From Nitrospirota bacterium (lineage in GTDB: Bacteria > Nitrospirota > UBA9217): a stretch of DNA of 64,000 bases. How positions within the stretch are numbered: the first letter of the stretch is position 1; the number at the start of each line of letters is the position of its first letter. Under the pieces are notes generated by a model. That model was not told the origin of the DNA. It ran no database searches and was given only the letters and a program-made list of their open reading frames with translations. Below are positions 10,634 to 20,558 of the stretch, in pieces. Position numbers and translations under genes: made by a program. The DNA is taken from positions 512,001 through 576,000 of the forward strand of contig CAWJQQ010000001.1 of NCBI GenBank assembly GCA_963845065.1, read 5' to 3'.

Positions 10634-12046
10634 ATGGGGAAAGCCTGCCTCGGTGGCAGGAGCTCCCAATATGATGCATGCGTCTACGCGGACATCATGG
10701 AAAACATTCAAGTCGGCATCATCGTGCTTGATAGAGATAGTAAGTCGGTCATCTTCAGTAATAAAACTGCGGCAAATATTCTCGAAGGTGTTGCGCAGGC
10801 AAGTGATTATGAATCGTTATCACCCGTGTTCCTGCGGAAGGACGGGGATGAACCCATTGCTCCCCCATCCCATGTCCAGCAGTTGATGCAAATAGGCGAA
10901 CGGTTCATCGGGTATACGATTTACACGATCAGCAGGGGATTTAGCTGGATCATGCTTCAAGACATCACCGACCGAAAAAACATCCAGGATAAAAATTCGC
11001 TACTGGCTACAGTCGTTCAGTCTGCCGCCGAATCCATTGTGATACTGGACGCGGACGGTTTTTTCCAATATGTCAACCCGGCGTTTGAAATTGTCACCGG
11101 CTACGTGAAAGAAGAGGTCCTGGGAAAGAATTTCTGCGATTTCAAGGGAGGCGTGAAGTCCAAGCGTTTTTGCGACGACATGTGGGGAGCAGTCCAGGAC
11201 GGTGAGCCCTGGCACAATCATGTCGTGAGCTTGAAAAAAGATGGCTCCCGCTATGAAGAAGAAATCACGATTAAACCGGTAAAAAACAACCAGGGAGAAT
11301 TCACGAACTTTGTGGCCGTGATGAGGGATGTTACCGAAAAAGTCAGGCTGGAGTCCATTGCAGCGGCAGTTAACAACATGGATAACATCGGGTATATCTT
11401 TTCCGGCATCCGTCATGAGATCGGCAACCCGGTCAATTCCATCAAAGTCGCTCTGAGCGTTTTGCTCGATAAAGTTGAGACATTTACCCAGCAAAACATC
11501 CGTCGGTATATAGAGCGATCGCTGACCGAAGTACTTCGCCTGGAAGAGCTGCTGAACAGTCTCAAGAATTTCAATATGTATGAGCATCCGGTGAATCAAG
11601 CCATTGACGTCGAACCATTCATGAACCAGTTCCTGTCACTGGTGCAAGAAGATTTCCGGAACCAGGACATCTCGATCCGGGTCATTATCCATCCTGAGAC
11701 CGGGACCATGCTTGCAGACCCGCGGGCGCTCAAACAGATTCTCCTGAACATACTGACAAACTCAGCGGACGCGCTTGATGGCGTTGAAGATTCGAAGATC
11801 GTAGTTCACGTTTTTCGGATGCGGGAATTCGTGATGATAAGAATCATTGACAACGGCTGTGGCATGAGCGAGGAGCAGCTGCAGAACATGTTCAGACCAT
11901 TCTACACGACGAAGAACAATGGCACCGGCCTGGGCTTGATCATTGTCCGCAAGATGCTCGCCCAGATGAACTGCACTATGGATATTACTAGCCAGAAGGG
12001 TGCCGGAACCATCGTAGATGTATTCATACCGCTCATGGACAAGTGA
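10634..12046 (+). CDS. PAS-domain sensor histidine kinase (NtrB-like)
   Basis: PAS (YVNPAFE..GY), RHEIGNP H-box, DNGCG, FRPFYTTK, GTGLGL; start uncertain (10565, 10634 or 10697). Confidence 0.9.
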   Translation: MGKACLGGRSSQYDACVYADIMENIQVGIIVLDRDSKSVIFSNKTAANILEGVAQASDYESLSPVFLRKDGDEPIAPPSHVQQLMQIGERFIGYTIYTISRGFSWIMLQDITDRKNIQDKNSLLATVVQSAAESIVILDADGFFQYVNPAFEIVTGYVKEEVLGKNFCDFKGGVKSKRFCDDMWGAVQDGEPWHNHVVSLKKDGSRYEEEITIKPVKNNQGEFTNFVAVMRDVTEKVRLESIAAAVNNMDNIGYIFSGIRHEIGNPVNSIKVALSVLLDKVETFTQQNIRRYIERSLTEVLRLEELLNSLKNFNMYEHPVNQAIDVEPFMNQFLSLVQEDFRNQDISIRVIIHPETGTMLADPRALKQILLNILTNSADALDGVEDSKIVVHVFRMREFVMIRIIDNGCGMSEEQLQNMFRPFYTTKNNGTGLGLIIVRKMLAQMNCTMDITSQKGAGTIVDVFIPLMDK

Positions 12047-12053
12047 GGCCGAT

Positions 12054-13403
12054 GTGCGCAAGACACTCCTGATCATAGATGACGATGCCCTTTTATGTGA
12101 TGCCCTCAAGGACCATTTCGGCGACGTCCTGAACGTCCTCAGTGCTTCGTCCGGGATCGGCGGACTTGCTCACTGCGCCCAGAGAACGATCGATGTCGTC
12201 CTTCTCGATCAGAAACTTCCTGATGGTGAGGGGCATACGTTTTGCCAATCAATTCTGAAGTTACATGAAAAAACTAAAATAGTATTTGTCACGGCATTCC
12301 CGGATTTTAAGCATGCCGTGAACGCCATGAAAGCTGGGGCATTCGACTACCTGTCCAAACCCTTTGAGCTCGAAGAACTGGACATTGTGGTGAAAAAGGC
12401 GCTCAGGACCATCGATCTTGAGAGGATTGAACAGATCCACGCATACCGGAATGATCGAGAGCATGCCGCCTCGTATATCGGCGAAGGAGGCCTCGCCCCT
12501 TTGGCGAAGCTCACAGATCTTGCGGCCCAGTCCGACGCGCCGCTTTTGATTACTGGAGAGACGGGAACGGGCAAGAACGTACTGGCTCAACACATCCACG
12601 ACCGTAGCCAGTTTCGTCAGGCTCCCTGTATCGCGATCAACTGCGCTGCCCTGCCGGAAAATCTCATCGAGTCGGAACTCTTCGGCTATGAAAAAGGAGC
12701 GTTTACAGGCGCTTCAACGTCCCGAAAAGGCATCTTTGAGATGGCGGAAGGCGGGACCCTCGTGCTTGATGAGATCGCGGAAATACCGCCCAATCTCCAG
12801 GCGAAACTCCTCGGAGTCCTGGACAGCAAACGGATAAAAAAAATTGGCGATGACGTCCTTAGGCCCGTGAATGTCCGGATCATGGCCATTACCAACCAGG
12901 ATATGGATGTGGCAATCCGGATGAAGACGTTTCGAGCCGACCTTTACTACAGGCTGAGCGTTGTTCACCTCCATGTTCCACCATTGCGCGACAGAAGACA
13001 GGACATTCCCGCTCTCTGCCATCATTTGCTAAAGAAAATCACACCGGCCTCACTTCAAATCTCAGACGGAGAAATGAAGGAACTCATGGACTACCCCTGG
13101 CCGGGAAATATCAGGGAACTTAAGAACATCCTCGAACGTGCGGTTCTCCTGAGGGAAGGGCCACACCTGCTCCCGGTTGCGCTCCTAGGCAAAAAAAACT
13201 GTCCCACCGGGTTGCCATCAAAGTACCTTCCCACGCCTGATGCGTTTATACCGTTGGGAGAATTGGAAAAGGCATATATCCACCGTGTTTTGAACGAGGG
13301 CAAAGGTAACTATCGCGAAACGGCACGACTCCTTGGTATTTCTCTTTCAACCCTGAAGCGAAGAATCAAAGAGCACTCCATCTCGAGAAAAAGCTCATCT
13401 TGA
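12054..13403 (+). CDS. Sigma54-dependent response regulator (NtrC family, REC-AAA+-Fis HTH)
   Basis: GETGTGK, ESELFGYEKGAFTGA, LDEI, WPGNIREL, C-terminal HTH; GTG start at 12054 after GAGG. Confidence 0.95.
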   Translation: MRKTLLIIDDDALLCDALKDHFGDVLNVLSASSGIGGLAHCAQRTIDVVLLDQKLPDGEGHTFCQSILKLHEKTKIVFVTAFPDFKHAVNAMKAGAFDYLSKPFELEELDIVVKKALRTIDLERIEQIHAYRNDREHAASYIGEGGLAPLAKLTDLAAQSDAPLLITGETGTGKNVLAQHIHDRSQFRQAPCIAINCAALPENLIESELFGYEKGAFTGASTSRKGIFEMAEGGTLVLDEIAEIPPNLQAKLLGVLDSKRIKKIGDDVLRPVNVRIMAITNQDMDVAIRMKTFRADLYYRLSVVHLHVPPLRDRRQDIPALCHHLLKKITPASLQISDGEMKELMDYPWPGNIRELKNILERAVLLREGPHLLPVALLGKKNCPTGLPSKYLPTPDAFIPLGELEKAYIHRVLNEGKGNYRETARLLGISLSTLKRRIKEHSISRKSSS

Positions 13404-13511
13404 CCCCCAGGGTTCAGACTATGAAGTCCATCTTGGACCCCGCACTGGGTTGATAGCCAGCAGTTTTCTTAAACCGACTGATTTTATGGATCATCCGCGG
13501 ATCGTTCGATC

Positions 13512-13527
13512 TGGCACGACGTTTGCT
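13512..13527 (+). promoter_or_regulatory. Sigma54 -24/-12 promoter
   Basis: TGGCAC-GACGT-TTGCT matches the consensus; lies directly downstream of a sigma54 activator gene and 24 bp before the next ATG. Confidence 0.85.
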
Positions 13528-13551
13528 ATTGTGTAGGCAAAGGAAGATACC

Positions 13552-14685
13552 ATGAAAAATGTTCTGATCGTTGATGATGAGAAACTTTTTTTACTTAGTC
13601 TCAAGGAAGGGCTGAGCGCGTACTCGACAGACTTCAATGTCCTTCTTGCCCAGAATGGGGCAAAGGCAATTGCACAGCTTTCTTCAGTGCCGATCGATCT
13701 TGTGGTAACAGACCTCAAGATGCCCGTACTGGACGGGTTCGAACTGCTTGCCCATATGAGCAAACATTATCCACAAATTCCAACGATCGTAATGACCGCC
13801 TATGGGACGCCTGATATCGAGAATAAAATAGACGGCTACGGTGTATCTCATTACGTCGAGAAGCCCGTCGACTACAAGAAGCTCGCCTCTGTGATCCTTA
13901 ATGAAATGAAGTTCGGATCCGCAGGACATATCCAGGGGATCACCCTTCCCACTTTTTTGCAACTGATCGAGATGGAGAAAAGAACCTGTACGCTCACGGT
14001 CAACTCCAACGAAGAGTTCGGTTACTGGTATTTTTGGAAGGGCGAGTTGCTGGATGCCGAGGTAGGGAAAAAAACTGGAGTCGATGCAGCCTACCAGATG
14101 CTTAGCTGGGCGCAGACGGAAATTGAAATTGCACCCCGATGTAAACGGAAGACGAAAAACATTCAGAAGTCCATGAACGAAATCCTCATGGAAGGTATGA
14201 GATTGCAAGATGAGCTACAAAGGAGGCAGACGGAGGCTAAGAAATCGTTAAAGCTGGAAGATGGAGACACACAAGCAAAAACATCCCTAAAAATCACGTT
14301 AAACGAGGAGGACACAATGGCACTGGAAAAACATCTTCAAGGGTTGAAAGAAGTGAAAGGATTTAAGGCAGCGGGGGTTATGAACTTCACGGGCGAGATG
14401 ATGGCCTCAGAATCCGTAGACCCCAACATCAATCTGGCTCTTGTAGGGGCGACATTCAACGACATCTTCCGGTCGGCGCATGAGGCTTCCAAGAAAATCG
14501 GTTTAGACGCATGCAAGGAAACCGTCATTAGCACGCCGAAGGGAGTAATAGTCATGCGATGCTCGGGCGTCGACGCGAAATCACATATTCACCTCATCGG
14601 CATCATGGCGAGCGACGGTAACCAGGCACTCATGAAAATGCAGATCGAAAAGATGGTCACTCCTGTGATGGATGAACTCGCTTGA
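13552..14685 (+). CDS. REC-DUF4388-Roadblock/LC7-like protein; the C-terminal 122 aa may also be made separately from ATG 14317
   Basis: REC (VDDE, TDLKMP, KP); DUF4388-like GHIQGITLPTFLQLIEMEKRTCTL; Roadblock-like tail; internal GAGGAGG RBS. Confidence 0.8.
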   Translation: MKNVLIVDDEKLFLLSLKEGLSAYSTDFNVLLAQNGAKAIAQLSSVPIDLVVTDLKMPVLDGFELLAHMSKHYPQIPTIVMTAYGTPDIENKIDGYGVSHYVEKPVDYKKLASVILNEMKFGSAGHIQGITLPTFLQLIEMEKRTCTLTVNSNEEFGYWYFWKGELLDAEVGKKTGVDAAYQMLSWAQTEIEIAPRCKRKTKNIQKSMNEILMEGMRLQDELQRRQTEAKKSLKLEDGDTQAKTSLKITLNEEDTMALEKHLQGLKEVKGFKAAGVMNFTGEMMASESVDPNINLALVGATFNDIFRSAHEASKKIGLDACKETVISTPKGVIVMRCSGVDAKSHIHLIGIMASDGNQALMKMQIEKMVTPVMDELA

Positions 14686-14813
14686 TATCCTCCCCGGCCT
14701 CACGGCAGGGGTATTACGGCGCATTGAGATAAACGAGACGGACGACTGCGGGAAATGGGAAGTTTAGACCATCCTCGTAGTCTCGCCCTTCTTCCCCGCG
14801 TGGGTATTAACAG

Positions 14814-15152
14814 ATGAATATTACAGGCGAAATAAGGTGGTTTCTCGGAGAAGGGGATTATGCCCAGCTGAAGTTCTCGGAGAGCAAGACGTCGTTTTCA
14901 CTCGATATCGTCATGGTCCCGACTCATCATCGCAATAAAGGTGTAGGCACTATGCTCATTGATCGGCTGCTACTGCTAGCTGATGGCATGCAGAAAGAAA
15001 TCTTTGTATCAGCCCGGCCCCTTGGCAATAACAGTGAGGAGATGCTAAAAAGGCTCGTCAGATACTATGAGGATTTTGGATTTGAGACATACGATAGAGA
15101 ATTGACATCGGTTTTTATGGTCAGGAGAAAATCAAAAAAAGAATCGGAATAG
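14814..15152 (+). CDS. GNAT-family N-acetyltransferase
   Basis: Acetyl-CoA motif VPTHHRNKGVGTMLI and YYEDFGF. Confidence 0.75.
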   Translation: MNITGEIRWFLGEGDYAQLKFSESKTSFSLDIVMVPTHHRNKGVGTMLIDRLLLLADGMQKEIFVSARPLGNNSEEMLKRLVRYYEDFGFETYDRELTSVFMVRRKSKKESE

Positions 15153-15243
15153 AAAATCCATCAGCCTTTTTTGTATGGCAGATCGTCGATCGGATCATTC
15201 GCTGCCGCGAAGGAAGAGTCTGGGCGAACAAATGCGTGGCGGT

Positions 15244-15653
15244 ATGGGATCCAATAAAAAAGATGACGATGCAGCAGTCAGCCACACGCGCAGGCTGAGT
15301 TGCTGGGAATTTAAAAAATGGAGTCGTCAACCTGGCGGGTCTAGGGTCGCCGATATGGGAGTATGCCCGACTGCCGTAAACCATGAACTGGAAGGTGCTC
15401 ATGGTGGCAAAGCAGCGGGAAGAGCATGCTGGGTCATAGCAGGCTCCTTATGTGGTGGCAAGACCCAGGTACCTGTGCGAAGAAACTCCAGAACTGCTGG
15501 CGTTGCGAATTCATGAAAATAGTGAAAAAAGAGGAAGAGCCCCTTCAATACGGTCCCTCTCATACCCGCCCAGGCATGGAGAAGTCACTGGAAAAAGCAT
15601 GGTCTGAAGCACAACCAGACCAGCCCGGTCAATGTCTCGACGGAAAAAAATGA
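15244..15653 (+). pseudogene. Frameshifted two-CW-domain (Cys-Trp repeat) protein
   Basis: LSCWEFKK..CP..GRACWVIAGSLCGGKTQ continues in another frame as GTCAKKLQNCWRCEF; one base missing near 15468. Confidence 0.7.
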
Positions 15654-15987
15654 AGAAAAATGAGAGGTATTATAATAGTATGTCGCTTACAGAAGACCGT
15701 ATGGATAAAAATATTTTGCTTATGAACCGAAGTCGCCGAACTGGACAATCTTTAACGATTATCTCGTCGCCCTGCAGAAGATAACGGACGGGACTGTCGT
15801 CCTACCATGGCGTAAGATACCTCCAGTCATTTCTTAACCTTGTCACAACATTGGTATTGCAGGCTTGTTGTTTGTGACGATCTCTATCCGAGCGGCACGG
15901 TACTACTTTATCGTTACCATTGAATCTTGATCAAGCACGAAAAAAGTCCATGTTCGATAGATAGCAAAACCTCACCGTAAGCGTACT

Positions 15988-16014
15988 GCGGCAGGGGCCG
16001 ATAGCCCCTACCGC
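15988..16014 (-). terminator. Hairpin downstream of cydB (possible terminator)
   Basis: GCGGCAGGGGC-CGATA-GCCCCTACCGC inverted repeat about 30 bp after the cydB stop; no clear U-tract. Confidence 0.45.
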
Positions 16015-16046
16015 TTCAGACTTACCCGTACGTCTTCATGCCCCTC

Positions 16047-17075
16047 TCAGTATGTTTCCCGATCCTTTATTGCATCATCAACGTTAAGCGGGCTACGGAA
16101 GATCCTGTAGATCCAGATTTTATACGCGATAACGATAGGTACGAAGATAAACGCCACCACAGTCATTATCTTCAACGTATAGATGCTGGACGATGAATTA
16201 TAGATCGTCAGACTGGAGGCAGCGTCTATGCTTGACGGGATGAGGTCTGGGAACAGTCCGATTACGCCGGTAAAGACCACCATCACCACCGTGACGCAGG
16301 ACGATGCAAAAGCGAGAAGGTTAGCCCCCTTTGCCATGAATATTCTCATGCCGATCAGCGCGCTAACCGCGATGATCGGCACAATGAGCAAGAGTGGCAA
16401 CGCCAGGTAGTTGTCATACAAACTTGTGGCAAAAGCCGTTGCGATTAGGAAAACGACGGCGACGATCAGGAGGACCGGCCAGATCTTCTTCGCAGTATTG
16501 ACTGCTCGTTTACTCAAATCGTTCGTGGTTTTTACACTGAGATACAGTGATCCGTGAACTAGAAACAGCAAGACGAAAAGCAAGCCCGTGATCAACCCAT
16601 AGGTGTTCAGCAGTGATATGAGTGACCCGTGATAACCGGTGGCATCCATAGCCAGGCCTTCAAATATGTTCCCGAAGGCCACGCCGAAGAGCAGCGCCGG
16701 CAGGAAACTGCCTACTCCGATGCCGATATCCCAACCTTTTTTCCAGCTGGCTTCTTCGCTTTTTTCCCGGAATTCAATGGATACGCCCCGGATGATCAGC
16801 GCAAAGAGCAAGAGGAGCAACGCAGTGTATAGGTAGCTAAACATCAATGCGTAGGTCTTGGGAAAGGCCGCAAAGGTGGCGCCGCCTGCCGTAAGAAGCC
16901 AGACCTCGTTCCCGTTCCACACGGGGCCCACCGCATTGATCAAAACACTTTTTTCCGCATCGCTCTTTGTGAGAAAGTTGTGCAACATTCCGGTACCAAT
17001 TACAAAGCCATCGAGCATGAAGTATACGGCCCATAACACAGCCCAAAGAATAAACCAAATCACCTGAAATTCCAT
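16047..17075 (-). CDS. cydB: Cytochrome bd ubiquinol oxidase subunit II
   Basis: YFMLDGF, GPVWNGNEVWLL..GGATFAAFP; ATG 17075 after AGGAGG. Confidence 0.95.
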   Translation of the reverse strand: MEFQVIWFILWAVLWAVYFMLDGFVIGTGMLHNFLTKSDAEKSVLINAVGPVWNGNEVWLLTAGGATFAAFPKTYALMFSYLYTALLLLLFALIIRGVSIEFREKSEEASWKKGWDIGIGVGSFLPALLFGVAFGNIFEGLAMDATGYHGSLISLLNTYGLITGLLFVLLFLVHGSLYLSVKTTNDLSKRAVNTAKKIWPVLLIVAVVFLIATAFATSLYDNYLALPLLLIVPIIAVSALIGMRIFMAKGANLLAFASSCVTVVMVVFTGVIGLFPDLIPSSIDAASSLTIYNSSSSIYTLKIMTVVAFIFVPIVIAYKIWIYRIFRSPLNVDDAIKDRETY

Positions 17076-17118
17076 ATCATGCCTCCTTTCTTTCTCTTTC
17101 AATTTTGCTGAGAGATCA

Positions 17119-18426
17119 TTATTGCGGGCCTTTTTTCGCGTACTTCGTCAAAAGATAGATGTCGACCACTCCCAGACTGCCGTAGAGCAAGGTAAAGCCA
17201 AGCAAGGAAACCCAGACCTGCGCCCTACTGATGGATTGCGAAACTGCCGCAGATGTTTTCAAGACGCCATAGACTATCCAGGGCTGTCTGCCCACTTCAG
17301 CTACGATCCAGCCGAGTTGGGTAGCAAGGTACGGAAGAGGAATGGCAAAGAGCATAATGGTCAAGAAGAGCCGCCGTGACTCCAAAGCGTCTTTCCTTCC
17401 ATACACAACGGCAAGGAGGGAGAGCAGTATCAATATAAATCCCAAGGTGAACATTAGCCGGAAACTGACGAAGGTAGGAAAGACCGGTGGCCGTTCCTCC
17501 TTGGGAAAGGCCTTAAGCCCCTTGATCTCGGCATCAGGAGTATGGAACGCGAGCAAACTAAGAAAATTCGGTATGCACAGACCCTCCACCTGATTACATT
17601 CGCGCGCCACGTCCGGGATAACGAAAATATTGAATCCCGCGCCTTTTTGCGTCTCCCAGAGTGACTCCGTGGCAGCGAATTTGGCCGGCTGTGTTTCGGC
17701 TACATTGGCCGCGGAGAAATCACCACTTATCGCCACTAGTATGGTGGCGACAAGACCGAAGACGGCTGCCATTCGGAAGGACCGCTTAAAAAAATCGATC
17801 TCGTTCTTCCGTAAGAGGTGATAGGCGGAGATTCCCATAACGAAGAAAGCAGCTACCACGTACCCGGACGGCACGGTGTGGAAAACCTTATACAATCCGT
17901 AAGGGTTTGTGATAAGAGCGCCGAAGTCCACCATTTCGGCACGACCGTTCCTGATCTCATAGCCTACCGGATGCTGCATCCAGCCATTGGCCAGGAGAAT
18001 CCAGAGCGCCGACAGATTGGTTGCAATCGCAACCAGCCAGATTGAGAGGGCATGTACTTTCTTCGAGACCCGGTTCCAGCCGAAGATCCAGAGGCCGATA
18101 AAGGCCGACTCCAGAAAAAATGCAACCGTCGCTTCAATGGCAAGAGGCGCTCCGAAGATGTCTCCCACGTATTTGGAATACTCCGCCCAATTCATGCCGA
18201 ACTGGAACTCCATGGTAATGCCTGTCACCACGCCGAGGGCGAAATTGATCAGGAACAGTTTCCCCCAGAACTTGGTCATTTTCAAATACATTTCATCACC
18301 CGTTTTCACCCAGCGTGTTTCCATATACGCTGTCATGATTGACAGCCCAAGTGTCAGCGGGACAAATATGAAGTGAAACATGCTCGTTACGGCGAACTGT
18401 AATCTGCTTAACGACACGACATCCAT
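17119..18426 (-). CDS. cydA: Cytochrome bd ubiquinol oxidase subunit I (short Q-loop)
   Basis: SRLQFA..FHFIFVPLT, EFQFGMNW, QPAKFAA.E, EVGRQPW. Confidence 0.97.
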   Translation of the reverse strand: MDVVSLSRLQFAVTSMFHFIFVPLTLGLSIMTAYMETRWVKTGDEMYLKMTKFWGKLFLINFALGVVTGITMEFQFGMNWAEYSKYVGDIFGAPLAIEATVAFFLESAFIGLWIFGWNRVSKKVHALSIWLVAIATNLSALWILLANGWMQHPVGYEIRNGRAEMVDFGALITNPYGLYKVFHTVPSGYVVAAFFVMGISAYHLLRKNEIDFFKRSFRMAAVFGLVATILVAISGDFSAANVAETQPAKFAATESLWETQKGAGFNIFVIPDVARECNQVEGLCIPNFLSLLAFHTPDAEIKGLKAFPKEERPPVFPTFVSFRLMFTLGFILILLSLLAVVYGRKDALESRRLFLTIMLFAIPLPYLATQLGWIVAEVGRQPWIVYGVLKTSAAVSQSISRAQVWVSLLGFTLLYGSLGVVDIYLLTKYAKKGPQ

Positions 18427-18446
18427 AGGACCCTCCTCCTTGTGTT

Positions 18447-18471
18447 ATATAGGATGTTTAACATCCTATAT
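18447..18471. promoter_or_regulatory. Perfect palindrome adjacent to the cydA RBS (candidate operator or mRNA hairpin)
   Basis: ATATAGGATGT-TTA-ACATCCTATAT. Confidence 0.55.
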
Positions 18472-18672
18472 TAAGCCAAAAAAAGTCTCCTGCTCGTACT
18501 GCTTCTATCGACCCGCTATCCTCTGCATCCTATCCCTCCTTTCGTGCTCGATATTCATATTCCACTGGCGTGATCCATAGCGTATTGCTCCCTGTTCAGT
18601 CTATGCATACGGCAACACATAGCCGTTCGCGATTGATATTCTTTAACGTTATGATGCCTGTGGTCCCGTTAA

Positions 18673-19074
18673 TTATCCCTTCACCACCAGACTCGAGATC
18701 GTCTGCGTGGCGAGGCGTCTTTCGATCACGCTCCGGATTTCAATCCAGATTGGATGGACTGAGCATTTTGGGCTCATGCGGCAGCGCTGTTTGTCGATAG
18801 CACAGGTGCTCACCGCAGCGATTCCTTGGATTGCAATAAGGACTTCGAGGAGCGTGATCTGATGTGGTTCCTTCAGTAGCCGGAAACCGCCATTAATTCC
18901 GCGGATCGATTCCGCAATTCCTTCGCGCACTAGACGCTGCAGGATCTTGGCAAGGAAGCTCTTTGGGATGTTCATCTGCTGAGAAATCTCACCGACATTT
19001 GTAAATTGGCCTTGCTCTTGCGCTAGGTACAAGACACACCGCATGGCATAATCTGTTTCTCTCGTCACCAACAT
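18673..19074 (-). CDS. Rrf2-family transcriptional regulator with three Cys (probable Fe-S sensor)
   Basis: TRETDYAMR, IPKSFLAKILQ, RGINGGFRL, C-x6-C-x5-C. Confidence 0.92.
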   Translation of the reverse strand: MLVTRETDYAMRCVLYLAQEQGQFTNVGEISQQMNIPKSFLAKILQRLVREGIAESIRGINGGFRLLKEPHQITLLEVLIAIQGIAAVSTCAIDKQRCRMSPKCSVHPIWIEIRSVIERRLATQTISSLVVKG

Positions 19075-19077
19075 GGC

Positions 19078-19497
19078 TTATTGAAAAAACCTTTCCAGAA
19101 GACCATTCAGCATCATTGCATGACGCGCTTCATCCCTCGACGATTCAGCGAAGAGGTCATGGGCCTTCTCCACATTTGCTTCCTTCGCCTTAACGGCCGC
19201 ATCGAGCTTACCTTTGTACGCCCCGATTTCTCCATGCTGCATCTTTTCCAGGTTGTCTTTCGTCTGCCCCGATACGAGTCCGAGCATCTCTGCGTAGCGG
19301 GCGGCGTGTTCAGCCTCCTCCCAGGCGATCCGCTTGAGTGCCTCGGCGATTTTCGGGTATCCTTGACGCTGCGCCTGTCGGGCCATGGCGAGATAGAGCC
19401 CTACTTCCTGTGCTTCGCCTCGGAAATTCGCCATGGCTGCATCCTCCACTGTGGTGCCTTTTACAACATCCAGCTTATTAACATTGACTAATTCCAC
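19078..19497 (-). CDS. Rubrerythrin/ferritin-like diiron protein lacking a rubredoxin domain
   Basis: NFRGEAQEVGLYLAMARQA, EEAEHA, DEARH. Confidence 0.88.
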   Translation of the reverse strand: MELVNVNKLDVVKGTTVEDAAMANFRGEAQEVGLYLAMARQAQRQGYPKIAEALKRIAWEEAEHAARYAEMLGLVSGQTKDNLEKMQHGEIGAYKGKLDAAVKAKEANVEKAHDLFAESSRDEARHAMMLNGLLERFFQ

Positions 19498-19829
19498 TAT
19501 TTCTCCTTTACTGATGTTAAATAGGGTTTATTTACTCTCATTAACATTTAGTTTTAATTATGTCAAGCTCTTTTTTAGGACTATTATTCTCCTATATAAT
19601 CAGAACTTTATTTGGCTGTTTTCAGACAGGCATTAGAATCCATTGTCACGATTTTCCACGGTGCCTACAGAGAATTGCAGATTAGTAACTTTTGCAGATG
19701 GATATGCGAAGTGTTGGTGTGAACGTGCGTGTCATCATCCGTAGCTTCTAACCGAAGAATGCAATAGGAAGAAAAAACATGCAATAAATAATTTTCAAGA
19801 AAATTCTTACGATCTCGGGGTCGAATTAG

Positions 19830-20450
19830 ATAGCGATAAAATTGTTAAACTTGTTTTCCGTCGTCTCCTCATTAAAAGCCTTCCAGTACGGAATGTCCGA
19901 TCTAATGAAGTTATAATCGTCAGCAACAGCGATGATCCGAGCATTTCCAGGTATTGCCTCGCCTTTGAGGCAGCCGAGACGTCAGGTACCATCTAGGTTT
20001 TCAAGATGGCGGAGAATGCTGGGTAGCGATGGATCGATTACGTGATCGGTTTAAAAATCTCCACACCAATGACGGTGTGGCTCTTCAGGTTGTCCCACTT
20101 TTTACTGATCAGTAAATCGGGATTGAACAGGATGACGTCGCCGATGCCGACTTTCCTGGCGTCCTACAGGATCGCCGCCGAGAGATAGCGTTTCTCGTCA
20201 GCAGTGAGTAGGAGTTCGTCTGCAATTTGTTATGACAATGGGAGACGTGTTTGCAGGGTCAAAATGTACTTACGTCCCGTGTTTTGAGGACTAGGGTGAG
20301 AAACGAAAGGACCTCCACATCGACCGAATCCAGTTCCGGGGTTCGCTCCTGTATCTTCGCTTCAAGGGTGAAAAACAATATTTCTTTTGTCGATCCAGTT
20401 CCAGTTTTTTTATTGAGGAAATCAATGCATTTAATGTTATCGGCCATAAT
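19830..20450 (-). pseudogene. HD-GYP c-di-GMP phosphodiesterase pseudogene
   Basis: Minus strand reads LEAKIQERT..RDVST, AAIL*DARKVGIGDVILFNP..HTVIGVEIF, HLENLDGT*RLGCLKGEAIPGNARIIAVADDY; stops at 20164-20166 and 19982-19984; ends approximate. Confidence 0.8.
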
Positions 20451-20558
20451 CCGGTGCAGCAAGTGACACTGCATCTTCCTAAGGGCTGGCTATCCGCGAG
20501 GAACCGCCTTGTTGGAAGCCCCAACCAGTAGATTAATTATCTTAGGTTGCGGGAGCAT

